DNA of 64,000 nt from the human T2T-CHM13v2.0 reference genome, Homo sapiens. Of the stretch, positions 15,929 through 33,811 are shown piece by piece. The notes under the pieces are model-generated. The model worked only from the letters and a program-made list of their open reading frames with translations. It was not told the origin of the DNA and made no database searches. Each line of letters begins with the position of its first letter. Position 1 is the first letter of the stretch. The DNA lies in NCBI RefSeq assembly GCF_009914755.1, contig NC_060935.1. One strand, given 5' to 3'. The translations under genes and the position numbers were made by a program.

Positions 15929-16380
15929 TTAACATGTAACCAGCACAAAGCAATGTCAGGGAGGAGTGATACATGACAATAAATGAGTCAGATGAGCAAG
16001 AAGGCCCCAGAACCCATGCCCCAAGGCACAAAGAGGAGCTCAGGGTAGGCCCAAAGATTCGAATTCCTTAGATTACTAAATCACATGAGCGGACCTTGTC
16101 TGTCAGATAAGATTTTTACCTGGAAATTCCATGACCAATACATGTGCAAAAGAAAATGATGGGTTGAATTTACTGATTATTGACCTAATGGATGGCTTTT
16201 TAAAATGTTTTAATAAAAAGCAGAATAGATGTTTGTTTTTCTAGTGGTTATACCAAGCTATACTTCCTGTTTTCACGTGTGAAAGTAACATGGGACATGC
16301 CTTTCTTTTCCGATCAGTTTATTTAAGCTATACAGCAAACTTTGGCATTTATGTGGAGCATTTCTCATTGTTGGAATCTG

Positions 16381-16386
16381 AATAAA
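16381..16386 (+). terminator. Probable main CRTAM polyadenylation signal (AATAAA)
   Basis: Last AATAAA before L1-derived sequence, with GT/T-rich sequence downstream. Confidence 0.6.
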
Positions 16387-16489
16387 CCAATTACAAAATA
16401 ACATATGTGCACATTGTAAGTCTGTAATTTGTGATAGGGGCCAGATCCAACCATGCTGATTTTTTGTTCTCTTGACAAAACTGTTTTGG

Positions 16490-16930
16490 ACAATCACAAC
16501 ATTACAGAAAAGTGTAAAGATAGAACAAAGCACTTTTCCCCCTGGAATCATTTGAGAGTAAGTTGACACAATACCCATCACCCCCCAAATCCTTCAGTGT
16601 GTGCTTCCTACAAATAAGAACGCTCTCCTTTAGAAACACAATGCAACCATCAAAAGTGGGAAATTAGCACTGTTCTGCTTCCACGAACAGTCCTCAGACT
16701 CCATTCAGGTTTCTCCAATTGTCCCAAAGGATCCAGTTCAGAGTCACACTTCATTTTAGTCTCATTCAGTTTGGAACAGTTCTTCGGTCTTGGCTTGCCT
16801 TTCATGACCTGGATATTTTTGAAGATTACAGGCTGGTTATTTTGTAGATCATCTCTCAATTTGGCTTTGTCTGCTTCCTCGTGGTTAGATTCAAGTTGTG
16901 CAGCTCTCATAGGACTGTCACAGAAGCGAT
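16490..16930 (-). mobile_element. Old L1 (L1MC-like) 3' fragment
   Basis: catttgagagtaagttgac...ttgaagattacaggctggttattttgtaga motifs. Confidence 0.6.
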
Positions 16931-16947
16931 GTTAAGTTTATTTCATT

Positions 16948-18593
<1,646 letters not shown>

Positions 18594-18649
18594 TTACAAT
18601 ACTTTAAAAATGTACTGATCAGCTTTAGAGATTGCTCAGACACTAGTTT

Positions 18650-21200
<2,551 letters not shown>

Positions 21201-21281
21201 GAAATGTTTCAAAATTATTTTTAAGAAAGAAAACCAAGGACACAAAAAAGGAGAAAAAAGCCTGTCATTAATCATCTGTTC

Positions 21282-21706
<425 letters not shown>

Positions 21707-22895
21707 CTAGAAGGGTGTCAAAGTTACTCGTATTTCTGTCTGTTGAGTTTCATTTTCTGTTTAAACATATATTTATACCATTTCAGTCCTCTAAAATTCT
21801 CAGGGCTGACTCTTTCTAAGTAAATACTTTTCTTTTGGATAGTTGAGGTTTATCTCTTTGAGATGTTAAATGTTTTAATATTTTGGACAAAAGTCTTTGT
21901 AAAATAAGTTACATGACTTTTACCTTTCTAGTCAATATTTATGAAGCTGACTTACCCTATATGAGTTTCAAGAAGTTAATCATTATGAAAATTAATCTTG
22001 GCACTTGCCATAATAGTGTGATTCTCACACAGGATATTCAGGAATAAGGCTGTTTGTTCCTTATACCAAATGAACCCAGGTTGCTTTGTTTGTTTGAACA
22101 TCTCTTGCTTTTGTGATATTTTGGTCACTTCTCTTGCTGGTACTGCCCCTTCTTTCTGCCCTGAGAGTGCCCTCCTTGACCCTTTCTGATTTACCCTACG
22201 TGTGAAGAAACCAGACAATTAAACATATTACAGTTATATGTAGAATGACTACACTGCCTGGCTACCCAGGACAATTTCAGTGTATACCTATTGTCCCAGT
22301 GTAATTAATAAATAGCATCCTTAAAAAAAATTCTTGAATGTATCCTAGTTGGCTTTTTCTTTCTTTTTCTTTTTTTTAGTGGTGGGATCTCACTCTGTTG
22401 CCCACACCGCAGTGCAGTGATGCAATCATAGCTCACTGCAGCCTTGAAATCTCGGGCTCAAATGATCCTCCTGTCTCAGCCTCCTGAGTAGCTGGACCTA
22501 TAGGGCATGTACCACCACACCTGGCTATCCTGGATTTTAATAAATTATCTGATCAACCTAGTTATATGCCAAATATGAGTATATCCTTGTTACAAGGTTT
22601 GACTGGCCACTCTCACCAGTTCTATTAAAGGGACTGACTACTTATCTACTCCCCAATCATGTGCTAAAGTCTAAGGATATTGTGGCTTTTTTTCAACATT
22701 TACTGAGGATTTATTAGGTGCCATTCACTACGTTTGTCCTTGTTCTCTGGTTCTCTGGGAGCTCATAGTTTAGTAAGGAGGTGACATAAATATAAACATG
22801 TAATTTCAATGCAGTGTTGTACAAGCATATGTATAAAGCTAGAGGCATGCAGTTGGGTGCCTTGAGACCACAGACCAAGGGCCATTAGCCTAGCA

Positions 22896-23117
22896 CAGAG
22901 TTTGTCAACCTCGGCATTATTGACATTTTGGACCACATAATTTTGGCAGGGGGGTGGGGGGACTGTCCTGTGCATTTTAGGATGTTTAGCAGCATCTCTG
23001 GCCTCTGTCCATTAGACGCCAGTAGTACTCCCTTAAGTCATAACAACAAAAAAATGCCTCCAGATGTTGTCAACTCTCCGTGAAGGATAAAACTGCTCCA
23101 GCTTGAGAAGCACCCTG
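22896..23117 (+). mobile_element. MER20 (hAT-Charlie MITE)
   Basis: caacctcggcattattgacattttggacc...gatgtttagcagcatctctggcctct...ttgagaagcaccctg. Confidence 0.8.
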
Positions 23118-23591
23118 GTCCAAGAAGCATCAGACAATGTGGGGGAACTGCCACAAAATTCCTGCTAGAGGAGACGCTGCTGAGCTAGACATAGGTCTGG
23201 TGGACTCAGGAGGGGTAAGACCAAAAAGGAAATGGAGCAGAGGAAGGACCTCACGAACAGAGCATGAGTGATGTGTAGGAGAGGGAAACAGAAAGAAGGG
23301 AGTTGCATGAATGGGTGGCATGGGGTGGAAAAGGAGTAAACTCAGTTCAGTATTACTAACCCATGTATTTAAGCGCTTTTTGACTTGTTTTTCCTATTCT
23401 GCGTATTTTGGTTAGTTCAGGGTCAGGTTGACAGCTGAATTCTAAAAGATAATATATGCAAAAGCACTTTGCAGACCCTGTGAAGTGCTATTCATATGTA
23501 AATTATCAATGTTATTACCATAACAGCAGATGAAAACAATGCACTTTATGGTTTTATTTTGTTTGCATGCACTCTGTAATCCTTAAGAATT

Positions 23592-24183
23592 CTGAAAAGC
23601 AGAGCATTAGTGTGCTGCTTATTAAACCATTGTCTCTCAGCTTCACTCATATACTCTGGTCGTGATGCTGGGGCAACCCCTACAAACCTCATTTTTCTTT
23701 GCCAGCCGGCTCCTTGTATTACTCTGCCAGGAGGGGACAGTAGAGGGAGACCCCAAGCCTGGAGACTGGAAAAGGGACTGCTCCTTCCTTTTCCTCTCGA
23801 GGTCACCTTGACAACGTCTCTTCACTCCAGCAGCTCAGTTGGTTTCAGCAGCAGTAGCTGATTCCAGTTTTCCCAGCACTCTCAGAACCAGCTTCATGAT
23901 TCCTTTTCAAAGACACCAGCACCCACTAGGTTGGGATTTCACCCTCCTGAGAGGCCTGGGTCCCAGCTCTGAGTGTTAATAATTTCAGTGTTAATACTTC
24001 TAAGTGTGAATAATTCTTTCCTGTGATTCCCCAGCCACAGAGGTGGAAGCTGCTTCCTGTACTTACTACCCCTATGACACTTGTGTTCCCTTTTCAACTT
24101 TTCAGTTAATAAATCTTCATATTAAATTATTTCCATTATACTAACTGGCATGGTTTCTGTCTTCTCACTGACCCTGACTACCA
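23592..24183 (+). mobile_element. ERVL solo LTR (LTR41/LTR33-like)
   Basis: ttattaaa..ttgtctctcagct start and ggtttctgtcttctcactgaccctgact end, with internal AATAAA. Confidence 0.6.
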
Positions 24184-24722
24184 CTCGTGTTGATTATTCC
24201 ACCCTTTAGTCACTCCAGATACTCAGGACAGCCATTACAAGGGGAGAAGGAGGAAGATCAAGCCCAGAGTGTCCCACGCTCTATGTGTGACTAGTCTCTG
24301 CAAGTAGCTGCTGGATTGACAGACTCCTGAATCACGTAGGGACCACTAATTTTCAGAAAAGCCAGTTAAAATCTCTTCTGGATAGTGCAGAAAACACTGG
24401 AAGAGTCTAAAGAACCACAGCATCAAAAGTAGACAAGTGTGAATGACTCAGCATTGATTCTATAACATATTCTGGAAGCCACTATTAGGACTAAATCCTT
24501 TTGCTTGAAATTTGCTTGCATGTTTGCAGTTGCTATGATAATACCTTGTATAATATACTGGGCAGAATAACACTAATGGTTTCAGCTACGTTGCTTTTAT
24601 TTCTTCTACAGACATTGAGGTCCTACTGTGTACTCATAAGACAAGGTCCCTGCTGCCAAAAAAGTAAAAAAAAAAAAAAAAAAAAAACTAACTCAAATAA
24701 AAAACAGAATAAAAAGTGCTAA

Positions 24723-25412
<690 letters not shown>

Positions 25413-25509
25413 TCAAACCAATCTTTGAAGGTAGTTATTCAAATCTACTTGTTGTTTTAATGTGAAGATAATTCCTAATGCTTCCTTTCTTTATTCTTTT
25501 TTGAAACCT

Positions 25510-26420
25510 TTTTTGATAGTGAAATATTCTACCCATACATAAATGTACAGCTTAATGAATTTTTACAAGATGAACATCTATATAACCATCATTAAGGTCA
25601 GGAAATACAGTCTCAAAAACATTCTTCTCCCTACCTGCCAGAACCGACCACAATCCTAACTTGATGGGAATCACTAAGTGGGTAGTGTTTCCCATAAAAT
25701 TGCTTTTTTGCTTTTTTTCATAGTTTCCTCCACTAAGTATGGAGCCACAATCACTGTAGAGTGTAATTCAGCCTGTTTTTTATATACAAAAATCATACAG
25801 TATGTACTTTTTCTGGGTTTTTGTTGTTGTTCAAAATTGTGTTTTTAGTATGCCTCCATATTGTTACACATAGTTGTATTTCATTCATTTACAGTGCTAT
25901 GTAGTATGCCAGTATAGGCAATAGCATAATCTAATTAACCATTCTTTTGATGGATAGTTCAGTTATTTCCAGTTTGCATGCACAGGAGCACGCACTTCTT
26001 AGGGTAAATACCTAAAAGTGAAATTGCTGGATCCCAAGGCATACATATCCTGGCTAATGTCAAACCATTTTCCAAAATGGTTGGTTGCATCGGTTCTCAC
26101 GCCCGCCCGCAGAAGGTGACGGTTCTTTGCACTACGTCCTCCCTAGCACCTGACGCTGCCAGACGTTTCAACTTTGGACTTTTCGACTCAACTTATGGTG
26201 AGTGTGGTATTATCCGCTGTGGTTTTAATTGGCCATCTTCTGATTATTAATGAATTAAAGCATCATTTCAATAAACAGATATTTATTGGCCATTTAGATT
26301 TCTCGTGTGTTTGTGAAATACCTTTCCATTTACCCATTATTTAATTGGGTTCCTTTTCTTCTTGATTTGTAGCAGTTCCTCGCGTATTTTAGTAGTTTTA
26401 TTTGTGGCAAAGATCTCCTC
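25510..26420 (-). mobile_element. Old L1 (L1ME-like), antisense, abutting the JHY CpG island
   Basis: gggtaaatacctaaaagtgaaattgctggatc, atttattggccatttagatttct motifs. Confidence 0.7.
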
Positions 26421-26519
26421 CCCCGGGTGGCCTCTGCCCTCCGGCGCTGGGAAGTCGGGGCGGCGAGGCAGCCTCTCCCGGGGCGTTCGGGCTCCTCCGG
26501 CTCTGCCCCGATGTCGTTA

Positions 26520-26735
26520 TTACGGCCGTTTGCAGCCTCCGTGCCAGGGCCGGGGGTGCGGTTCGGGACGCGGGATCCTAGGTCGGGTCCTGCCCCGCCC
26601 ATGTGGCGCCGGCGTCTGTGTTGTCTGCGGTCTCCAGGGCAGCGCCGGGGCGGGCGGGGGCCCGGGCGGCGGCGGCGGCGGCGCGGGAGGATGCGGGGCC
26701 CGTCCGGGTCGCGGCCGCGGAGGAGCGCCGGGCAG
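26520..26735 (+). other. JHY: JHY non-coding exon 1 (5' end approximate)
   Basis: Within the CpG island, ending at donor CAG|gtgacg; TSS cannot be fixed from sequence. Confidence 0.7.
26665..26682 (+). repeat. (GGC)6 trinucleotide repeat in JHY exon 1
   Basis: Read directly from sequence. Confidence 0.9.
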
Positions 26736-28566
26736 GTGACGGGCGGTGGCCTCCCGGATCTGGGGTGGGCGGCGCGCCCGGGGAGGGAAACGGGAAGGGC
26801 TTACTGGGGATGGGGACGGCAGGAAACCACCCAAGCAAGCTGGGGAGGAGCCGGCGCGGGAGCCTTCGGGACGGAGTGGGGAGCGACAAGGAGGCGAGGC
26901 CGCGACAAGGGGCTGGGGGGCCGCCATGCGAGGCTTCGGCGCCCGGGCACCCAGAGCAGCCCTGTTCCCGGTCAATTAGGACCGGTCCCGGGCACCAGGC
27001 CCGCCGACTTGTCACTTCCTGGACCTCCAAACGCCCCTTGTGACAGGCCTTGTTCCTCAGGAACAAGCAAAGGTAGAAAACCGAACGCCTCCCCTGGGCA
27101 GCTTCCGGCCTGTTTCAAACCAGGGTTCGTTCCTTTTTCTTTACGATTCATCTTGGTGAGCCCAAGCAGGGTTCCTTTTCCCCTCCAGGAGAAAGTTCGA
27201 TTGTCCCATGCTAGTGGACTAGACCCACTGCAGGGATCCCTGGGGAGCTGGCCGCTTCTTAGTCCCTAGGTGCCATCGGATCTATCGCTGTCTTGTTTAT
27301 TCAGGAGACTAGTCACCTCTCTTGGTCAGAAATTTCAGCGGCACAACCTTTTTTTTTTTTCACTGGACGGGAGGAGGGAGCCACATTCATGAAATTTAAA
27401 CGCCCACTTTCTAACTTATTCAAGCTGTCAGCTGTTCCTTCTTCCACCCCATGTTTTGGTAAGATCAGGCCTCCACAGAAAACCCAGCTTTTGTGGCGTT
27501 TGGCTTTGCTCTTTGCATACTTTAGCAAACTTCAGGAATCTGCTAACATCAGCAAAATTATCTTCTGTGGTTACTGTTTTATTTTTTATTCATTCCAAGA
27601 AAGCTTAGCCTATTTCATTTAAGAAGAGAAGTTCAAGGGACTGAATTATTTTAAGAGTAATTCTAAGTTGCACTATAACGCTTAAGCTTGCTCTTCAGGA
27701 TCTCAAATTCAGTGACCTTAGCTCCTCCAGTAAAACCGGTGTTAAACAATCTCTTTTACTTAAAATGTGTTAGTATTTGATAGATTTGCTGCTTTCTTGG
27801 CACATCCTAAAAAAGCAACAATTAAAATAATAAGGCAGAATGCAATATGTATTTTAAAAATAAGAGACAAAATAATACAACAAACCAGTCTGTAATATTA
27901 GAGAATAATATGTTAGTCTACCAACAGGGCAGACTTCGAGTTCAATAGAAAACTCACTTCGTGTGTATTTACATATGAACGTTCCCTTTTGCCTGTTGTT
28001 TGTTAAGGTGCTTTCCTCCAAGGATTTGATGATGCTCCTTGCAAACATTAGCAACAAGGTCAACATTATAAGCAATCCTAGGAATAGTAATAAGGTTGTG
28101 TCATTTAATTAAAGTTAGGATTTGCCAAAAGAACAAGAGCAAGCCATTAAGACAAATTTTACAGCAATTTCTAATGGTAAAGGTTTCTGTTACCTGACTC
28201 ACAGAAAAAAAAAAAATGGGTATAAAGGCAGTGAGATAGAAAATAGACCAAAATAGAAATGCTAGGTAGAGATGAAAGGAAGCACAATCCAAAAACATCA
28301 TGTCCGTTCGGTCCTACATGAACTCAAAGCACCCTTTCCATGGCTCTTTATAATGACCCTTACAGACAGTGCAGGTTCACTTGAATCACACTCGTAAGTG
28401 AGTTGGAAGGGACTCCAGCTAACTCTTAGCTGTAATTCAGGCCAATCTCCCACCCACTCAACTTTCCCCAGGATAGCATCCCGTTCGGTAATGTAGACCT
28501 CCAGGCTCTGCTTTGGATCGCTCAGTGGCAGAATTCACAAGACCACTAAATCTTTTGTTGAACAGT

Positions 28567-28856
<290 letters not shown>

Positions 28857-29523
28857 TTGTTGAACAGTTTTAATCGTTATTATGGGTTTTAAAAAATACC
28901 GGATGAGGTTGATCTCCATTTATGTCCACCTAAATTATATGTTCCTATCTAGTCACAACCTGGCTATCAGAAAGTCTTTTCCAAATGATGTTGCCAGCCC
29001 ATATAGGTCTAGGAACAAAACAGCTTCCCCATTTACAGTTCCAACTATGGAAAACTACACTCTTCTTTCTTCTTACTTTACTTTCCAAAACATAGCCCCT
29101 GAACCTGTTTTACTCTATCCATGAATAACTACGGACCATATTTATATTGCCCATAGTTATTTGGGCATTTGAAATAAGGCTATCAAAGTACTGTCCATAA
29201 TTAACCATTTGTCTTAGTCCAGGCTTGTCTGTAACAAGCCCTTGGAAGCTAGAAATAGGAATCCACTTCCAAGCAGCCATTTATTTCATCAATAAAACTG
29301 CATTCGATTACTCAGGCTGCTTATGAGCGCTACATCAGATGTGTTTCTGCAGAGAGAAAAACAATTGTTTTTCTAATAGACCTTTCTTATACACACAAAA
29401 GGGTGCATACAAAAGCCTGCAGATAATATAACAAGGTTCTCTTACTCATTTAAATATTTGATTAACGTTGACAGTATTGAGATTTTAGTGGTCGCAGAGT
29501 AACATAAATATATTTTTTTTCAG

Positions 29524-29957
<434 letters not shown>

Positions 29958-30849
29958 TAAGGAATTGGCTTGTGTAAGATAATAATGGGCTCTAAAATGT
30001 ATCATTAGATAATTACTGTCGTCATTCCAAATTAGAGTAAGGGCAAGCTGCCCTAATGAGCGCCGTGTGTGAGACAGGTCTCCAAGCAGCCAAGGATAGC
30101 TGGGCACCATGTTTTTTCCATATTCAGATTTTTTTTAATTAAAAAGTGCAATGGGTATTAATAAGGGCAATTCGCATTTCTCATACCATTTACTTCCTGT
30201 CCATATTCCAAGTGTCTCCGCACTAGGACCTTACCTGGGAGAAATTCCAGAAAGCCGGGTATGGAAAAGGATGTGGAGTCAGGTGGACTTGATTTGGTCC
30301 AGGCGTTGCTGTTTAGTGTATAATCTGGAATAAATCACTTAACTCTTTTTTTTATTTTTTTAAAAATTTTATGTAGTATTAAATATTTACAATAGAGATG
30401 GGAGCTCACTATGTTGGCCAGGTTGGTCTTGAACTCCTAGCCTCAAGCAATCCTTCCACTTCAGCCTCCCAAAGTGCTATGATTACAGGCATAAGCCACC
30501 ATGCCTGACCCACTTAATTCTTTTTTTGGCTCACTTTTTCTCGTCTGTCAAATAACCTGACTTGCCTATCTCACAGGATTGCTATGAATGTCAATAAAGT
30601 ACAAATAATTGGGGGTAGAATCTTACTTGGCCCATTCAAAGCTAGTAGAGGTCTACCTCTCAGGGCTTGTATGATCATATAAAGATTTAATCTAATAACC
30701 AGAATTTAAGGGATTTAACCTTGTGCTATGAGCTACCAAAAAAAAGTAAGGGAATATGAAATAATGTGTGATATCACTCTGTTACAATTGAGGCACTGAG
30801 GATATGAGAGTACAGAAGAAGGTAAAAGCTATTGATTAGGAGGAGGTTT

Positions 30850-31383
<534 letters not shown>

Positions 31384-32329
31384 GATTTTTTTTTTTTTTA
31401 ATTCAGGCTGAAATATATTAAGGAAAGTTTATTGGAAGGCCTAGAACTTGGACAGGGTCTTGAAAACAAGCTAAGTTCTGGATAACAGAAGAGAATGGGA
31501 GTGACATGTTTGTGGCACATTAGGGAGCCCAGCTGGATTGCAGAGGATTTGTTTTGAGTGTAGCAAAAATAGACTGAGTAGGGGTCTGATTATAAGGGGG
31601 CCTTAAAAATGTGCTTATGGTATTGGAAGATACATTTTCAGGTCTTGAAGTGTAACCATCCTACCACAGATGAGGATATTGAGTCTTACAGAACTCAAAT
31701 GATTTGTCCTTGGGATACAGTCACTGCAAGGGCTCGTGTGGGAGCGAGAAGTAGAGCCCGGTCCTGAGTCTTTTCTTTCTTTCTTATCTTTCTTCTTCCT
31801 TCCTTTCGTCTTCCCCTCCCTTTTTTTCACTGGGGCTATCTAGTTGAATCAATCTCATAAGTGTCTTAGTGATATGTCACAGTAAAAGTGATAAGAGTTG
31901 TCACCAAGGTGCTAGAGGCGCAAGAGGCTTGCAGGACAGCTTCAGAGAGACAGACAACCTTGATAGGACTAGGCTGGGAAAGCCAGGCAGAGAGAATACA
32001 GGTTCTTGGGGAGGGCAGTGAGATGCAGCAGCGTTTAAGGAAGATTATTATGCAAGCTAGTGCATTTTGAATTAGAGACTAAACACACAATGGGCAAAGA
32101 GACTGCTGGATGGATATGACAGTAACAATGACATCACTTTTTAAAAGCCTATCTTAGTTTCACTCAATTCTCCATCACAATCCTGTAGGGAAGTTGCTGC
32201 TTTTCCTATTTTACAGATAAGGAAAATGAGGCTAACAGAGATGAAGAAACTCGTCTAAGGTTATAGTGCTTGGAGGATGTCCTTGTTGTGTTACTGATGC
32301 TGTTTTTTTTTTTAATCATGCAAAAATTC

Positions 32330-33070
32330 TAACCTATAGAAAATTACAGAGAAAAATACAGTATAACCCTTACTGCCATATTTGTTTCAGACCTATTTTT
32401 AAAATTCATAGTGTATTACAGATAAAGTTTCCATGTACCCCCTTCTCAAACTCATTCCCCTTTCTTCCCCCTTAGAGGTAATCAATACATACTCTTACGT
32501 GAGTGTGCATCCTTCTCACCAGTCTTCCATTCATTTATTTCATAGGTGATCTATAATTAGTGAATAAATATATATCTATATATGGATGCATGATGCCCAT
32601 TTTGTTCAGTCAACATTATGTTTTTGGGATTTTACAATTATGCTTTTGAACTAAGACATGGTCTTGGTTGAATATTGATGAATATTTAGTTTTTTTCCAG
32701 TTTTCGTTATTTCAGACAATGCTCTGTGCATGTCCTCGTGTGCCTCCTTGGGTATGCATGCAAGGCTTTCCTTAGGGTATAAATCTCCAGGAGTGGAACT
32801 GTGGTTCATGGGCGACTGGACATCTTCAACTTTACTCACAAGTGCCTGCAAGTTACCAGTCCTCAGAATTACTGTCTTTTTAACTTTTGCCACTCTGATG
32901 GGTTATAAAATCCTGTCCTATTATAGATTTAAATTACTTTTCTCTGATAACTTGTGAGCTCGAGAATCTTTTTACATGGTTTTAACCAAATGAGATGGAT
33001 TTAGACATCCTCTTTGGCAACTGGTTATTTTCATTTAACAAAATACCCATGTGTATCTTGGGTATCCTTC
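32330..33070 (-). mobile_element. Old L1 (L1ME-like) fragment
   Basis: ttagggtataaatctccaggagtggaactg motif. Confidence 0.55.
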
Positions 33071-33074
33071 GATA

Positions 33075-33413
33075 GAGTTGGCTTTCCGTATCCATGGCTT
33101 TCGCATCTGTGGATCCAACCAAACATAGATCAAAAATATTTGGAGAATAAATGGATGGTTGAATCTGTACTAAACATGCACAGAGACTTTTTTTCTTGGC
33201 TTTATTCCAGAACAATATAACAACTATTTACATAGTATTTACATTGTATTAGGTATTATAAATAATCTACAGATAATTTAAAATATATAGGAGGACATGC
33301 AGGGCTATATACAAATATTACCCCAATTTATAAAAGGGACTTTCCCATCCCTGGATTTTGGTATCAGCAGGGAGTCCTGGAAACACTCCCTCACAGATAA
33401 CTGAGCGATGATT
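33075..33413. mobile_element. MER2 (TcMar-Tigger MITE)
   Basis: ccgtatccatggctttcgcatctgtggatccaacc...tacattgtattaggtattataaataatcta...ggattttggtatc. Confidence 0.8.
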
Positions 33414-33524
33414 ATACTTATATGTTCATAATACATGTGTACATGGTACATAGTATTCTAGTATCTGGAGGTGCCATTATATATTTATTCAGTCACCCAA
33501 GGGTGGACTTTGGGATGTTCCCAG

Positions 33525-33811
33525 TTTGTTTGTTTGTTTTGGAGACAGAGTCTTGCTCTGTTGCCCAGGCTAGAGTGAAGTGGCACGATCTTGGCTCACT
33601 GCAACCTGCGCCTCCCGGGTTCAAATGATTCTCGTGCTTCAGCCTCCCGAGTAGCGTGCGCCACAATGCTCGGCTAACTTTTTCTACTTTTAGTAGAGAT
33701 GGGGTCTTACCACATTGCCCAGGCTGTCCTTGAACTCCTGAGCTCAGGAAATCTGTGTACCTCGGCCTCCCAAAGTGCTAGGATTACAGGCGTGAACCAC
33801 CACTCCCGGCC
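33525..33811 (-). mobile_element. Alu
   Basis: Alu motifs. Confidence 0.8.

Larger units (their letters stand above)
26400..27140 (+). promoter_or_regulatory. JHY: CpG island / JHY promoter
   Basis: Very high GC and CpG density, GC boxes (ccccgccc 26593, ggggcggg ~26647), X-box-like 26630-26643, ETS-like cacttcct ~27013. Confidence 0.9.

Noticed and set aside
27000-27160. Possible alternative JHY first exon (ETS motifs, donors aag|gtaga and ttg|gtgagc)
   Set aside because: Donor-like words are common, and there is no way to support transcription from sequence alone.
26330-27269. Overlapping long ORFs (up to 280 aa) on both strands
   Set aside because: Expected stop-codon scarcity in a CpG island; the + strand ones cross the exon 1 donor. 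Only the spliced uORF part is retained as a finding.
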